From: Desulfatiglandales bacterium
GTDB lineage: Bacteria > Desulfobacterota > DSM-4660 > Desulfatiglandales > Desulfatiglandaceae
Length of the DNA: 64,000 bases
Reading direction: 5' to 3'
Assembly: GCA_963666345.1 (NCBI GenBank)
Contig: OY762721.1
Coordinates: 3,264,001-3,328,000 of the forward strand
Of this stretch, positions 31,137 to 41,658 are shown piece by piece. The translations under genes and the position numbers were made by a program. Position 1 is the stretch's first letter. Each line of letters opens with the position of its first letter. The notes beneath the pieces are model-generated. The model worked only from the letters and a program-made list of their open reading frames with translations. It was not told where the DNA came from and did no database searches.

Positions 31137-32500
31137 ATACCGGATCAGACGGAAAAAGGACATACAGGATCACGACCCTGGGTTGCAAGGTCAACCAGTA
31201 CGAATCAAACTACATTTCAAAGACCCTTGAAATGAACGGGTTGAGAAAGGCGGGGGGCGCGGAAAGGGCCGATATCTGCGTAATAAATACATGCATCGTT
31301 ACCCAGAGGGCCTCACGCCAGTCAAGACAGGCGATAAGAAAGCTTATAAGGGAAAACCCAGGTTCCACGGTTGCGGCCGCAGGCTGCTATGCTCAGGTCT
31401 TTCCCGACGAACTCAAAAAGATAGACGGGCTCAAGATTATCGCGGGAAACACCTCCAAGGGTGAGCTTCCCCGTTTATTGCTGGATGATCCTCCGCCCGA
31501 GGGCCGGGTCCTGCTGCTTGAAGATTTTGAGAAAGACATGCCGTTTGAGTTCCTGGAGCCGGTGGATTTTCCTGAAAGGACCAGGGCCTATCTCAAGATT
31601 CAGGACGGCTGCCGATCTTTCTGCTCCTACTGCATTGTTCCCTTTGCAAGGGGCCCCTTGAGAAGCCTTCCGCCTGCCGGGGTCCTGGACATGATGAAAA
31701 GGCTGGCGGAAGCAGGTTACAGGGAGGTCGTGCTTACGGGGATTCATCTGGGAAAATACGGCGTGGACCTGGGCGAAGATCTCGACCTTTCAGGCCTGCT
31801 CAAAATGATTGCCGGGGAAAATATGCCCGTGAGGGTCAGGATCAGTTCGATTGAACCAAATGAGGTGGGTGACGAACTGATCGAAATGATGGCAGGTGAA
31901 CAATGGCTCTGCCGGCATTTTCATATCTCTCTTCAAAATGGTGATGACCGGATATTGAAAAGAATGAAAAGGGGTTACGACAGCCGTGACTTTGCTAGAC
32001 TGGTTGAAAAAATAAAAAGAAAGATCCCCCTTGCCGCAATCGGTATTGACATAATGTCGGGTTTTCCGGGAGAAGACCACATCGCGCACACCAATACGGT
32101 ACGTCTTCTTGAGAAACTGCCGGTAAGCTATCTGCATGTATTTCCCTTTTCCCCGAGGCCGGGAACCAAGGCCTTTTCCTTTGAAGGCAGAGTACTACCG
32201 GAGATAATAAAGGAACGGGCCATGGAACTGAGAATGCTGGGGGAAAAGAAAAGGGGCACCTTTTACGGAAAGTGCCTTGAAAGGGAGTTCGTGGTCCTGG
32301 CCGAAAGAAGGCATCCCCGTATGAACCGGTTCATGAGCGGCAGAAGCGATAATTATCTTGCCGTAAACTTCGTTTCCAGCGATGATCTTAGCGGAGAACT
32401 GATCGGGGTTCGTCTCAAAGAGGTTCAAAAAGATGGGATCAGAGGTGAAATGTCTTCAAAAGGTGCGGGGGTAAGATGCCGGAGTGAGCTTTTAAGATAG
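31133..32500 (+). CDS. mtaB: tRNA t6A37 methylthiotransferase
   Basis: TLGCKVNQYES, INTC, KIQDGCRSFCSYC, VLTGIHLG. Confidence 0.93.
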   Translation: MNTGSDGKRTYRITTLGCKVNQYESNYISKTLEMNGLRKAGGAERADICVINTCIVTQRASRQSRQAIRKLIRENPGSTVAAAGCYAQVFPDELKKIDGLKIIAGNTSKGELPRLLLDDPPPEGRVLLLEDFEKDMPFEFLEPVDFPERTRAYLKIQDGCRSFCSYCIVPFARGPLRSLPPAGVLDMMKRLAEAGYREVVLTGIHLGKYGVDLGEDLDLSGLLKMIAGENMPVRVRISSIEPNEVGDELIEMMAGEQWLCRHFHISLQNGDDRILKRMKRGYDSRDFARLVEKIKRKIPLAAIGIDIMSGFPGEDHIAHTNTVRLLEKLPVSYLHVFPFSPRPGTKAFSFEGRVLPEIIKERAMELRMLGEKKRGTFYGKCLEREFVVLAERRHPRMNRFMSGRSDNYLAVNFVSSDDLSGELIGVRLKEVQKDGIRGEMSSKGAGVRCRSELLR

Positions 32501-32503
32501 ATC

Positions 32504-33241
32504 TCAGCCTTTCCTTTTCCTTATCTTCCTTGAATCCTCTTTCCAGCCTTTAGGCTTTTTCCCTTTGCCGCGCCTGCGCGGGTCAGGATCCATGGAAGGG
32601 TCCATTACAAATGTCCCCGGTCTGAAATCGACCGGCTTCGACTCTTCTTCCTCTCTGAGTTGCTGCAGGGCATCTTTTGAAACAGGAGGGCCCGCGATAA
32701 AATCAGCCGGGATGTAGGGACATAAAAAAAGTGAACCGAAGCAGTACAGGGATACGTCTTCCGATTCCGCCATCCTGCCCATAACTTCCAGCACGACCGG
32801 CCTGCTATCCTTCCTTTTCCCTAATCTTTCAGCCGTCTGCCTTTTGCCGCTCAGGACGACATATCTTTCCTGCGGACTCCTTACGCCCTTTTCCATGACC
32901 ACGGGATGGGCCTTCCTTCTTACTGCGGTGTAGAGCAGCCCGGGGACTTCTGCGGAAGCGATCAGTTCGGGGGGCGTGAAGGTTCTTTCAACGGCACGGA
33001 TCCTTTTCCCCTTTACCTGGAAAAGGTGCCTTTCTCTTCCGATAAGCACCTCGTTTATGTGAGACTGGCGGACATAGCCCCAGCCGGGCTCTTCATGCAT
33101 GGCCTGAATAATCTCCTTGAAAGGGAAAAAGCCTTCCCTGTCGGGAACAAGCCCTGATTCATCCGGATGTCTGCCGAGCAGATAGCCAAGAAAACTGCTC
33201 AGGTTGTCCACCCTGATCTGATTGCTTCTCCTGCCCACCAA
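32504..33241 (-). CDS. RNA 2'-phosphotransferase (KptA/Tpt1)-like protein, divergent
   Basis: LLGRHPD..GL..D.EGF, RIRA, A.RLGKRK..RPVVLEV; HGT motif absent. Confidence 0.6.
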   Translation of the reverse strand: MVGRRSNQIRVDNLSSFLGYLLGRHPDESGLVPDREGFFPFKEIIQAMHEEPGWGYVRQSHINEVLIGRERHLFQVKGKRIRAVERTFTPPELIASAEVPGLLYTAVRRKAHPVVMEKGVRSPQERYVVLSGKRQTAERLGKRKDSRPVVLEVMGRMAESEDVSLYCFGSLFLCPYIPADFIAGPPVSKDALQQLREEEESKPVDFRPGTFVMDPSMDPDPRRRGKGKKPKGWKEDSRKIRKRKG

Positions 33242-33297
33242 AGGTCTCCTTGTCCTCTGTCAAAAGGTCGTCTTTTCGATCATAAAAGGTCTGGAAA

Positions 33298-33327
33298 AGT
33301 GACTAAAGTGACTGAAGTGACTGAAGT
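33298..33327. repeat. Nonamer tandem repeat
   Basis: aagtgacta-aagtgactg-aagtgactg-aag immediately after the pncB stop. Confidence 0.7.
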
Positions 33328-34497
33328 TTAAAGTGCCTGGTCCAGATCGACTTTTCCCAGCTGGCATAGCACGTAGTTCCTGATCTCCCCGGCAGCAGGC
33401 GTCTTATTTTTACCGCCGCCGTGATAGGGTATCGGTTCAAGAATCTCCTTTTTCTCACCACCGCATCCGCAGCTACGAGGGCCCTTTCCAAGGGGAACGA
33501 CATCCGTATTCAGACAGTCGGGGCAGCGAAGGAGGCTTTTGGGGCCTGATCTCTTGCCCCTTTTTGCAATGGCCTTTCCATCTATCTCCACGATATCCAT
33601 GGAAAAGTCTATTACAGGGGCGTTGCTTATCGAAGTGCCCACCCCGTAGGCGTCTGCAAGACGGTTGTATTCAAGGATCTGATATTCATCAAGGCCTCCG
33701 CTCAAAAATATCTTTACATGGCTGAAGCCCCTGAGATCCAGTTCCCATCGGACTTCCTCCATGATTTTGACAAAGTCTCCTCTCCTTGAACCGGGTGTGT
33801 CAAGACGGATAGCGTAAAGGTCTCCTCCCAGTGCTTCCGCAACGTTTACGGCCTCGATCTTCTCATCATTGAACGTGTCGATCAGGCTCACCCTGCTGAT
33901 ATGGGGATCCATTATTTCATTAAACGCACGGGTGGCCTCAACCGTATCGCCCAACATCAGGACCAGTGCGTGTGGGATGGTTCCGGCCGGTTCAATGCCG
34001 AGGAGCTTCGCCGCCAATCCGACCGCCACCCCGTCGCAACCCCCTATATAGGCGTTTCTTTCAATCATGGGTGCTACTGCAGGATGCATGCGCCTGGCCC
34101 CGAAACTTATCACCGGTCTTTTTTCAGCAGCCTTGCGGCATCGTGCCGCCATGGTGGCAACAGCGGATGCCTGACAGATAAAGCCGAGCAGGGTGGTTTC
34201 ATATCTTCCGAAGTCCAGGTATTTTCCTTTTATCTCCATGACAGGCTCATAAGGTCTGAACAATGAGCCCTCATTGATGATCCTTACATCTACGGGCAGA
34301 TCCTTCAACAGGTCAATACATTCCTCTGCGCCCGCGAATACGGCCCAGGGCCATGATGAAGGAAAGCCCTTTGCCATAAATTCGGCCCGCACCTCTTTGT
34401 TGATTCCCTTTGCCCTGAGTATCTTTTCGGTCCTTTCAAAATAGACGTCCGTTACCAGGCCTTCTCTTATCTGCTGCGAACTGGCTGTGTGAAGCAC
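33328..34497 (-). CDS. pncB: Nicotinate phosphoribosyltransferase
   Basis: TDVYF, SFGARR, GTIPHA, IRLDTPGSRRG, SGGLDE, GVGTSI. Confidence 0.9.
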   Translation of the reverse strand: MLHTASSQQIREGLVTDVYFERTEKILRAKGINKEVRAEFMAKGFPSSWPWAVFAGAEECIDLLKDLPVDVRIINEGSLFRPYEPVMEIKGKYLDFGRYETTLLGFICQASAVATMAARCRKAAEKRPVISFGARRMHPAVAPMIERNAYIGGCDGVAVGLAAKLLGIEPAGTIPHALVLMLGDTVEATRAFNEIMDPHISRVSLIDTFNDEKIEAVNVAEALGGDLYAIRLDTPGSRRGDFVKIMEEVRWELDLRGFSHVKIFLSGGLDEYQILEYNRLADAYGVGTSISNAPVIDFSMDIVEIDGKAIAKRGKRSGPKSLLRCPDCLNTDVVPLGKGPRSCGCGGEKKEILEPIPYHGGGKNKTPAAGEIRNYVLCQLGKVDLDQAL

Positions 34498-34880
34498 AGA
34501 TCTTACCTCCCGCTTATGTGCGTAGTTTTAAGCGATTGTCAGAAAAAACGATTTTTATCCAAACCGGACGGGACAACGGTCGGGTTTTTAATCTAAATCC
34601 TTTAATCCTGAAACCCCGGAATCCATGATTTATAATTTTACATAATTGAATATGGAATCACAACCGATTAGTCCTGCAGGGGTCTTTCAGGTAATTGAGG
34701 TCCCGGGGCATATCTTTCAGCCGGCGCCTATCCGTACATCGGGGTTTATGGGCCTGCGTAACCGGCTTTCAGCTTTCAGCAAAATAGATCAGATATAAAT
34801 GCCTTGGTTGTTTGCTGAAGGCTGACGGCTGAATGCTGAAACCTCCATCAGGAAATGGACCCCGGATGCGCACCGGCATA

Positions 34881-35118
34881 TATTGACGGTCTCGTAAAAA
34901 GTCCAACTGCTGCGTTATACTTCATCTTTCGTCATTGCGATCCCGCTGGAAGCGGGATAAGTACGCCTCATTCCTCAAGATTCTTTGCAGTTGCCCCTAG
35001 GTCACTGCTCAGTCCCACCCCTCCTGATAGTCGGGGCGGGTTCCCGGAAGCGCAAGCCTTGCATTTGGACCTTTTTACTTTGCCGTCTCAATTATGACTT
35101 TTTATGAACTCATCTATA
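34881..35118. mobile_element. MITE-like non-coding element with terminal inverted repeats
   Basis: tattgacggtctcgtaaaaagtc ... gactttttatgaactcatctata; internal palindromes. Confidence 0.6.
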
Positions 35119-35539
35119 TTGAATGAAAAAGTGCCCGTATCGGGCTTGATAGTATCCCGTCTTTATCCTAAGATAAAAACCCACACATGAAGAACCGTGT
35201 CATGATTTCCCGCCGAAGCAGGCCGTACATCCCGGGTTAAATCCTTAACATGGGTTGGTATGAACCTTTGGGGAGACGGGACAAAAACCCTTTGCACGCT
35301 GTGGGATGGAGGGGGAAAGTCAAGGAGTGAAGCTCAATGGAAAGAGAAACCGGGATATTCCTATTTGATGTAATTATAGATTCCAACCCGGCCAATGCCG
35401 ATGCAATGGCAAAGGCGTTTTCCGATGATGTTGATACAGGCAGGCGTATAATGGAGGTATGTCTGGGTCTTTCAGGCGTTGACAGGGGAGGTAAGATACA
35501 ACGGGTCCAGCAAGAGGTTATGGGCCGTAACAAGTCCTA

Positions 35540-36007
35540 ATGAGGTTTGAAAATATGGCAGGAGAAATTTCAGGAGCCAGGGCCGAATTTCTGGCCAGGG
35601 ATTTCAAGCGGGGGTTCATCGAGTACTGTCAACTGGAAGCCGATATAGTAAAAAGAGGTTATTTTCAGTCACGGGTCTTCATCCGGGAGCACCACAGGCA
35701 GCAGGACGGCTTTATTCATGCAGGTGTCATGGCTACCATGGCCGACCATACTGCGGGGTATGCCGCCTTTACAACGGTACCTGAGGACTTCCAGATCCTT
35801 ACCATCGAATTCAAGATCAATTTTCTTAGGCCCGCCTTCGGACGAGCCCTCATATGTAAATCAGAGGTCATAAGAGAGGGATCCCGCATTGTAATATCCG
35901 AATCAGAGGTGTTTGATATCAGAGATGACGGAGAGGTCCCTGTTGCCCGCAGCCTGGTTACACTTATGCCGGTTCAGAGGAAAAGGCTTGTCTCAAAGGA
36001 CCGATGA
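35540..36007 (+). CDS. PaaI family thioesterase
   Basis: QQDGFIHAGVMATMADHTAG, TIEFKINFLRPA. Confidence 0.88.
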   Translation: MRFENMAGEISGARAEFLARDFKRGFIEYCQLEADIVKRGYFQSRVFIREHHRQQDGFIHAGVMATMADHTAGYAAFTTVPEDFQILTIEFKINFLRPAFGRALICKSEVIREGSRIVISESEVFDIRDDGEVPVARSLVTLMPVQRKRLVSKDR

Positions 36008-36712
36008 AATCTCCTCCGCCACCATTTTTGCGGCCTCTGCCGGGTCTTCCGCATCCCTTATGGGCCTTCCTATTACTATATAATCGGCTCCGTCCCTGAC
36101 CGCGTCGGCAGGAGTCACGATCCTTTTCTGATCATCTCCCACAACCAGGGACCATTTAGGCCTTATCCCGGGGGTAATGGCGATGAAATCTGGGCCCATC
36201 TCCTGCTTGACCCGTGCCACCTCTTTTCCGGAACATACGACACCCTGGCACCCGGCCTCTTTTGCCAGCTTTGCCCTGAGAAGCACAAGCCTGGATAGAT
36301 CCCCGGTATACTCCTTCCTGTAGCCGAGCAGGGACAGCGCTTCCCCGTCAAGGCTGGTGAGCACGGTGACGGCAAGAATCATGGTGTCGCCCGGATTATT
36401 TTCCGCGACTTCCCGCAGGGATTCTTTCCCTCCGTCGCAATGAACGGTTACAAATCTGGGCATGATACGGCTTGCGGCCATAAAGGCCCTTTTCACGGTG
36501 GCGGGGATATCGTGAAGCTTGAGATCCAGAAAGACTCCGGCCCCGCCCGCCTTGTTTATGGCATCAACTATCTTCGGCCCCTGGCTTATGAAAAGTTCGA
36601 GGCCGACCTTGAAAAGGCCGACATGTCGGCTCAATCTGTCCACATAGGACATTGCCAGGTCATAGCTCGGCACATCCAGCGGAAATACGATGTAATCCTT
36701 CGGCTGTTTCAT
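35993..36712 (-). CDS. pyrF: Orotidine 5'-phosphate decarboxylase
   Basis: FLDLKLHDIPATV, AVTVLTS, TPGIRP, DQKR, IVIGRPI. Confidence 0.96.
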   Translation of the reverse strand: MKQPKDYIVFPLDVPSYDLAMSYVDRLSRHVGLFKVGLELFISQGPKIVDAINKAGGAGVFLDLKLHDIPATVKRAFMAASRIMPRFVTVHCDGGKESLREVAENNPGDTMILAVTVLTSLDGEALSLLGYRKEYTGDLSRLVLLRAKLAKEAGCQGVVCSGKEVARVKQEMGPDFIAITPGIRPKWSLVVGDDQKRIVTPADAVRDGADYIVIGRPIRDAEDPAEAAKMVAEEISSVL

Positions 36713-36854
36713 GTTTTACCTCATCTTCCGGGTTAAAGGCCTTTAAAACAGAGGCATCTTTATCAGGTTTATGCAAAGGGTGCAACTCAGGAAGGTTGAA
36801 AAATGTTGGACATAGAAAAAAAAAGAAACTATATTCAAAAATTCAAGACTAAGG

Positions 36855-36930
36855 GCCACCGTAGCTCAGATGGCAGAGCACCTCACTCGTAATGAGGATG
36901 TCCGCGGTTCGATTCCGCGCGGTGGCTCCA
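36855..36930 (+). tRNA. tRNA-Thr (CGT)
   Basis: GCCACCG acceptor stem, CCTCA-CTCGTAA-TGAGG anticodon arm, GTTCGATTC, encoded CCA. Confidence 0.96.
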
Positions 36931-37075
36931 GTAAAAAGACTGTGAGAACTTCCCGGAATAATACCATCAAATATCTTCAGGGCATTCAGTTCGGCTTAAA
37001 TAATTTCAGGGAGACTTCGCCTCTCCTCTTTTTTGTCCCCGAAGTTCCCCATATCAATCCAAGGAGGAGACACCT

Positions 37076-37303
37076 ATGAGTGATTTCCGAGACTATTTTG
37101 TGTGTGACAGCTGCGATAACAAGGATTTTAAGTTGATCTATAATTTTTCACTCAGGCTTCATAAGGTCAACTTTTCAGACAAGCTCATATATGACGAGTT
37201 AACTGAAGAACTGTATCAGTGCACCAACTGCCAAAAGACCTTTACCAGGGCTGAAATGGAAAATGGTCTGATTGAGCTGAAAAAGAAATACAAAGACAGA
37301 TAA
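37076..37303 (+). CDS. Small putative zinc-binding protein
   Basis: CDSC and CTNC motifs; AGGAGG RBS. Confidence 0.7.
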   Translation: MSDFRDYFVCDSCDNKDFKLIYNFSLRLHKVNFSDKLIYDELTEELYQCTNCQKTFTRAEMENGLIELKKKYKDR

Positions 37304-37349
37304 GGGGTCTGTACAGCCTGACCCCTGCTGCCCGTTAACGTTTGCGGCC

Positions 37350-38882
37350 TCAGATGTTTATCTCGAATTGTTCAAGGTGATAGTCGTGTTTTACGATTAT
37401 ATTTATTCTCTTGTGCAGTTCTTTTTCCAGCTCGATGATAGATTCCTGTTCCTCTTCCTTTAACATGTCTTCTATCTCCGGATTAACGATCACCTGGACA
37501 TTGCCGCAATCCTGCGCAGATGCGCATTCTTTTTCGATATGCCTGAATATCTCATAGCAGATCGCTTTTCTCGACTTGAGCGTCCCCTTGCCGTCACAGT
37601 AAAAACAGGGCTCACCGTAAAGCCGGCTGAGACTGGATCTTGTCCTTTTTCGCGTCATTTCAATGAGGCCCAGGTCCGACATGGGCAGGATGTTGCTTTT
37701 GGCCCTGTCCTTGTCAAGCGAATCCTTAAGCGCCATGAAGACCCTCTCCCTGTTTCCTCTTTTTTCCATGTCAATGAAATCTATTACAATAAGACCCCCT
37801 ATATTTCTGAAACGGAGCTGATAAGCTATTTCTTTTACGGCCTCCAGGTTCGTCTTGAGGATCGTCTCCTCAAGGTTCCTCTTTCCCACATAACTTCCCG
37901 TGTTTACATCTATCGCGGTCAGGGCCTCTGTGTGTTCTATTACTATGTATCCCCCCGATTTGAGCCATACCTTGTTGTTTAACGCCCGTGAGATTTCAAC
38001 TTCAATGCCGAAGGAATCAAAAATCGGGTCGGAACCCTCGTAGAGTTCAACCGAATATTTAAGCCTCGGGGCGAATGTCTCTATGAACTCCATTACGTCA
38101 TCATACTGTTTTGTCGAATCGATGATCAGGCGGTCCACTTCTCTTGTAAAGAGATCCCTGACCGCCCTCAAGGAGATATTGAGGTCCTTGTAGAGCAGGC
38201 CCGGTCCTGAACTCTTTTCCATTTTGGCCTGGATATTGGCCCACAGCTTCAGCAGAAAATCCATTTCCGATTTCAGTTTTTTCCCGGATGCTCCCTCTGT
38301 GACCGTCCTGACTATGAACCCGTAACTGTTAGTCCGAATTTCATCCATTATGCCCTTTAATCTCTCTCTTTCCTCCTGATTCTCTATCCTTCTGGAGACC
38401 CCGATATGATCGACAGTCGGCATCAGGACAAGGTGCCTGCCCGGAAGTGATATATGGGAGGTGATTCTTGCCCCTTTGTGGCCGAGAGGCTCCTTGGCAA
38501 CCTGTACCATGATTTCCTGACCTTCACTAAGGAGGTCTTCAATCGGATGGGAGATCTGATTATGATGGAGAGATTTAGCAGGCTCCTCATCCTCAGTCAT
38601 GCCGTTTCCTTCGGCAAGGTTTTCGCCCAACATGAGTTTTTCCAGATCCAGAAAGTCCTTGAAAACATCGGAAACGTATAGAAAGGCGGTCCTGTCCAGT
38701 CCTATATCAACAAAGGCGGCCTGCATGCCGGGAAGCACCTTTACCACTCTGCCCCTGTATATGTTTCGCATCAACTCCTGCCCGGTTCTTCTCTCACTAT
38801 GCAGTTCGATTACAGCCCCGTTTTCAACAAGTGCGACCCTTGTCTCATAGGGCCTGCCATTGATAATTAATTCGGTGGTCAT
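37350..38882 (-). CDS. rng: Ribonuclease G (Rne/Rng family)
   Basis: VLPGMQAAFVDIG, AIDVNTG, NIGGLIVIDFIDM, EMTRKR. Confidence 0.94.
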   Translation of the reverse strand: MTTELIINGRPYETRVALVENGAVIELHSERRTGQELMRNIYRGRVVKVLPGMQAAFVDIGLDRTAFLYVSDVFKDFLDLEKLMLGENLAEGNGMTEDEEPAKSLHHNQISHPIEDLLSEGQEIMVQVAKEPLGHKGARITSHISLPGRHLVLMPTVDHIGVSRRIENQEERERLKGIMDEIRTNSYGFIVRTVTEGASGKKLKSEMDFLLKLWANIQAKMEKSSGPGLLYKDLNISLRAVRDLFTREVDRLIIDSTKQYDDVMEFIETFAPRLKYSVELYEGSDPIFDSFGIEVEISRALNNKVWLKSGGYIVIEHTEALTAIDVNTGSYVGKRNLEETILKTNLEAVKEIAYQLRFRNIGGLIVIDFIDMEKRGNRERVFMALKDSLDKDRAKSNILPMSDLGLIEMTRKRTRSSLSRLYGEPCFYCDGKGTLKSRKAICYEIFRHIEKECASAQDCGNVQVIVNPEIEDMLKEEEQESIIELEKELHKRINIIVKHDYHLEQFEINI

Positions 38883-39046
38883 TGGTCTTTCTCCCGACTG
38901 TGTTTCCCGGTTATTGCTCCTGCAGGCAGGGGGCCGGCTCCGGGTTTAAAAGAAGGGCGGGTCAGAACAACGGAAAAAGGGAAGCGCACTTCAAGGTATC
39001 TTTGGGTGTTTATCCTGCATCCCTGACAGCGACTTTTAAAATGAGT

Positions 39047-41596
39047 CTATTCAAGGAGTTGCTTTATTTTGACTATCTTCATCCTTTCAATATGTTCAGG
39101 CGCAAGGGAAAACAGCCCCTTTATCAGCTCGGATACCTTAATCCCCGGTCCCTCAAGGTTTAACATCTCAAGATGAAGTCTGCCGCCGGAATCAGGCCTA
39201 ATTGATTTGACAAGCGGCCTTACATCCACACTATGCTGCCCTTTTTTGTCTACTTTTACAACCGTGAAATGTTCTGATTTCAAAAATCGGTCCACGGCCT
39301 CCTGATCGATCTTTATCCCTTCGAATCGGATTTGGTAGTGACTTTCTTTGAGTCGCTCCTTTCTCCTTTGTTGCGGGATAGCCTCGATATCGGTTACGGA
39401 TATGCCTGAAGGAAGTTGATTGTTTATGCGGTCTTTGAGAGAGTTCAGATCGGAAAGGTCAAAAACCTCTATATCAACGGTTTCCTCTTCGCTTTTCAGA
39501 CCAACCGGCAGGGCGCAGGCGAAAGAAAGCCTCGGCATCGGATGAAAGCCTTTTGAGTATGCCAGGTCCAATCCAGCCCGTCTGAAGGCCCTTGTAAACG
39601 TTCTCATGAGCTCCAGGTGACTCAGATAACCTGCCTTTTCAAGCTTTGTGAAGTGAAGCCTGAGAAATCTCGAAGGGATATTCCTTTGGGCGGTTGAGAC
39701 AGGGGAATCGATTCCCTCGGGGTTCCCCTTAAAGAGAACAGGGTCGATTGTCTTATGGTCGCAGACCCCGCAGTTGAGGCATTTTTCCCTGCAATCGGGA
39801 GTGAATTTTTCTTTAACCGCTCTTTTCATCTCATTTATGAAAAATTCCTTTGTCACACCGCTTCTCGTATGATCCCATGGCAGTGTTTCATGAAAAGGCC
39901 GCTCCCTTTCCAGATAAAAGGAGGGGTCAATGCCGGTGTGGGCCAACGCATCCTTCCAGATGTCGATGTTGAACTGATCACCCCAGGCATCAAATCTCGC
40001 TCCCCTTTTCCATGCCTCAAGGATCAAGGTTCCGAGCCTCCTGTCTCCCCTGGAAAATATCCCTTCAAGCCAGTTTATCTCCGGCTGATTCCACTTGACC
40101 TTTATCTTACTGCCCCTCAGGGCATCTTGAATCAGTTTGAGTTTCCTCCTGCTTTCCGTAAGAGATATTTGCGGCATCCACATAAAGGGGGTGTGCGATT
40201 TCGGGACAAATGGGGATATGCTGACATTCAATTTGGGCTTTTTCCCTTTTCCCCCCGATAGAGAAACGATCCTTTTGGCGAGCCTTGCTATGTCAAGGAG
40301 ATCGGTATCTTCTTCAAACGGGAGCCCGATCATGAAATAGAGCTTGATAAGATTCCAACCGGCCCCGTAGACAAGCTGTGCCGTCTCGATGATTTCCCTG
40401 TCGGTAAGTCCCTTGTTTATTATCCTTCTCATCCGGTCGTTTCCCGCCTCAGGCGCCAGGGTGAAACCGGTTTTCCTTACCCTTTTTATCTGTTCTATCC
40501 AGCCCGGGCTCATGCTGTCGATCCTGAGAGACGGCAGGCTGACTGCAACCTTTTTATCGGCATTCATGTCCATCAATGCCTTGACAAGGGGTTCTATTGA
40601 GCTGTAGTCGCCTGAGCTTAGGGATAGCAGCGAGATCTCGTCATGCCCAGTGTTGTCGATCGCGCTTTGAGTCGTTCTGATTATGCCTGCCGGGTTTCTT
40701 TCCCTGACAGGGCGGTATATCATTCCAGCCTGGCAGAATCTGCAGCCGCGTGTACAACCCCTGGCTATTTCAATGGACATCCTGTCATGTATGAGTTCTG
40801 CAAAGGGAACAATCTGGCGCTCTGGAAAGGGGTAGGTGTCGATGTCCGACAAAATGGATTTTTCCACGTGTGTATAATCGGGGTAAACGGGGTCTATGGA
40901 CTCGACCACCCCGTCATTCTTGTATGAGACATTAAAAAATGATGGGACATATATACCCCTGATGCGGCTCAATTCTCTCAACAGGTCGTTTTTTTTCGCG
41001 TTTCGTCTTTTCTTGTGCTCCCGTACGGCTTCACAGATCTTGCGGCTGACCTCTTCGCCATCCCCTATTACTATCAGATCGAAGAAGCGGGAAAAGGGCT
41101 CCGGATTAAAACATGCCGGGCCTCCTGCGATAACCAGCGGTGTGTCGTTTTTTCTGTCGATTGCATCAAGAGCAATTCCCCCCAATTCAAGCATGGTCAG
41201 CACGTTTGTCAGACAGATCTCATGCTGTATGCTGAATCCCACGATATCGAAGTTTGACAGCCCAATCTCCGACTCAAGACTAGTCAGGGGCAGCCCCCGG
41301 TGCCTGAGTTCATTTTCGAGGTCAACCCAGGGAGAAAAAGCCCTTTCCGCTGCGACCCAATCCAGGTCGTTGAGTATCTGATAGAGTATCTTGAGCCCCA
41401 CGTGGGACATGCCTATCTCATAGACGTCCGGGAAAGCCAGAGCGATGGAGACCTCTATTTTCGAGAGGTCCTTTTTTACGGAATTTATTTCATTGCCGAG
41501 ATATCTGCTCGGCCTTTTTATATTTGAAAACCAGTTGTTATCTGAAATGGACATGTGATATTTCATTTTTCCTTTCTGAGCGATTTTTGGGTTCAA
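39047..41596 (-). CDS. B12-binding radical SAM protein (TIGR03960 type) fused to a DUF2344 domain; start uncertain
   Basis: FPDVYEIGMSH, RGCTRGCRFCQAG, C-terminal YLSHLE...YSKGFHP. Confidence 0.85.
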   Translation of the reverse strand: MNPKIAQKGKMKYHMSISDNNWFSNIKRPSRYLGNEINSVKKDLSKIEVSIALAFPDVYEIGMSHVGLKILYQILNDLDWVAAERAFSPWVDLENELRHRGLPLTSLESEIGLSNFDIVGFSIQHEICLTNVLTMLELGGIALDAIDRKNDTPLVIAGGPACFNPEPFSRFFDLIVIGDGEEVSRKICEAVREHKKRRNAKKNDLLRELSRIRGIYVPSFFNVSYKNDGVVESIDPVYPDYTHVEKSILSDIDTYPFPERQIVPFAELIHDRMSIEIARGCTRGCRFCQAGMIYRPVRERNPAGIIRTTQSAIDNTGHDEISLLSLSSGDYSSIEPLVKALMDMNADKKVAVSLPSLRIDSMSPGWIEQIKRVRKTGFTLAPEAGNDRMRRIINKGLTDREIIETAQLVYGAGWNLIKLYFMIGLPFEEDTDLLDIARLAKRIVSLSGGKGKKPKLNVSISPFVPKSHTPFMWMPQISLTESRRKLKLIQDALRGSKIKVKWNQPEINWLEGIFSRGDRRLGTLILEAWKRGARFDAWGDQFNIDIWKDALAHTGIDPSFYLERERPFHETLPWDHTRSGVTKEFFINEMKRAVKEKFTPDCREKCLNCGVCDHKTIDPVLFKGNPEGIDSPVSTAQRNIPSRFLRLHFTKLEKAGYLSHLELMRTFTRAFRRAGLDLAYSKGFHPMPRLSFACALPVGLKSEEETVDIEVFDLSDLNSLKDRINNQLPSGISVTDIEAIPQQRRKERLKESHYQIRFEGIKIDQEAVDRFLKSEHFTVVKVDKKGQHSVDVRPLVKSIRPDSGGRLHLEMLNLEGPGIKVSELIKGLFSLAPEHIERMKIVKIKQLLE

Positions 41597-41658
41597 ACAG
41601 CCGTGAAAAAAATTTCAACAGTATCTGAGGAGATCAAATTTTTGAAGGGAAAAGTTGA

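Noticed and set aside
35337..35540. 67-aa ORF upstream of the PaaI thioesterase
   Set aside because: It has a possible RBS but no recognisable family, so it was left uncalled.
36855..37350. Prophage or island integrated at tRNA-Thr
   Set aside because: No integrase or duplicated tRNA 3' end is seen, and the flanking genes are housekeeping.
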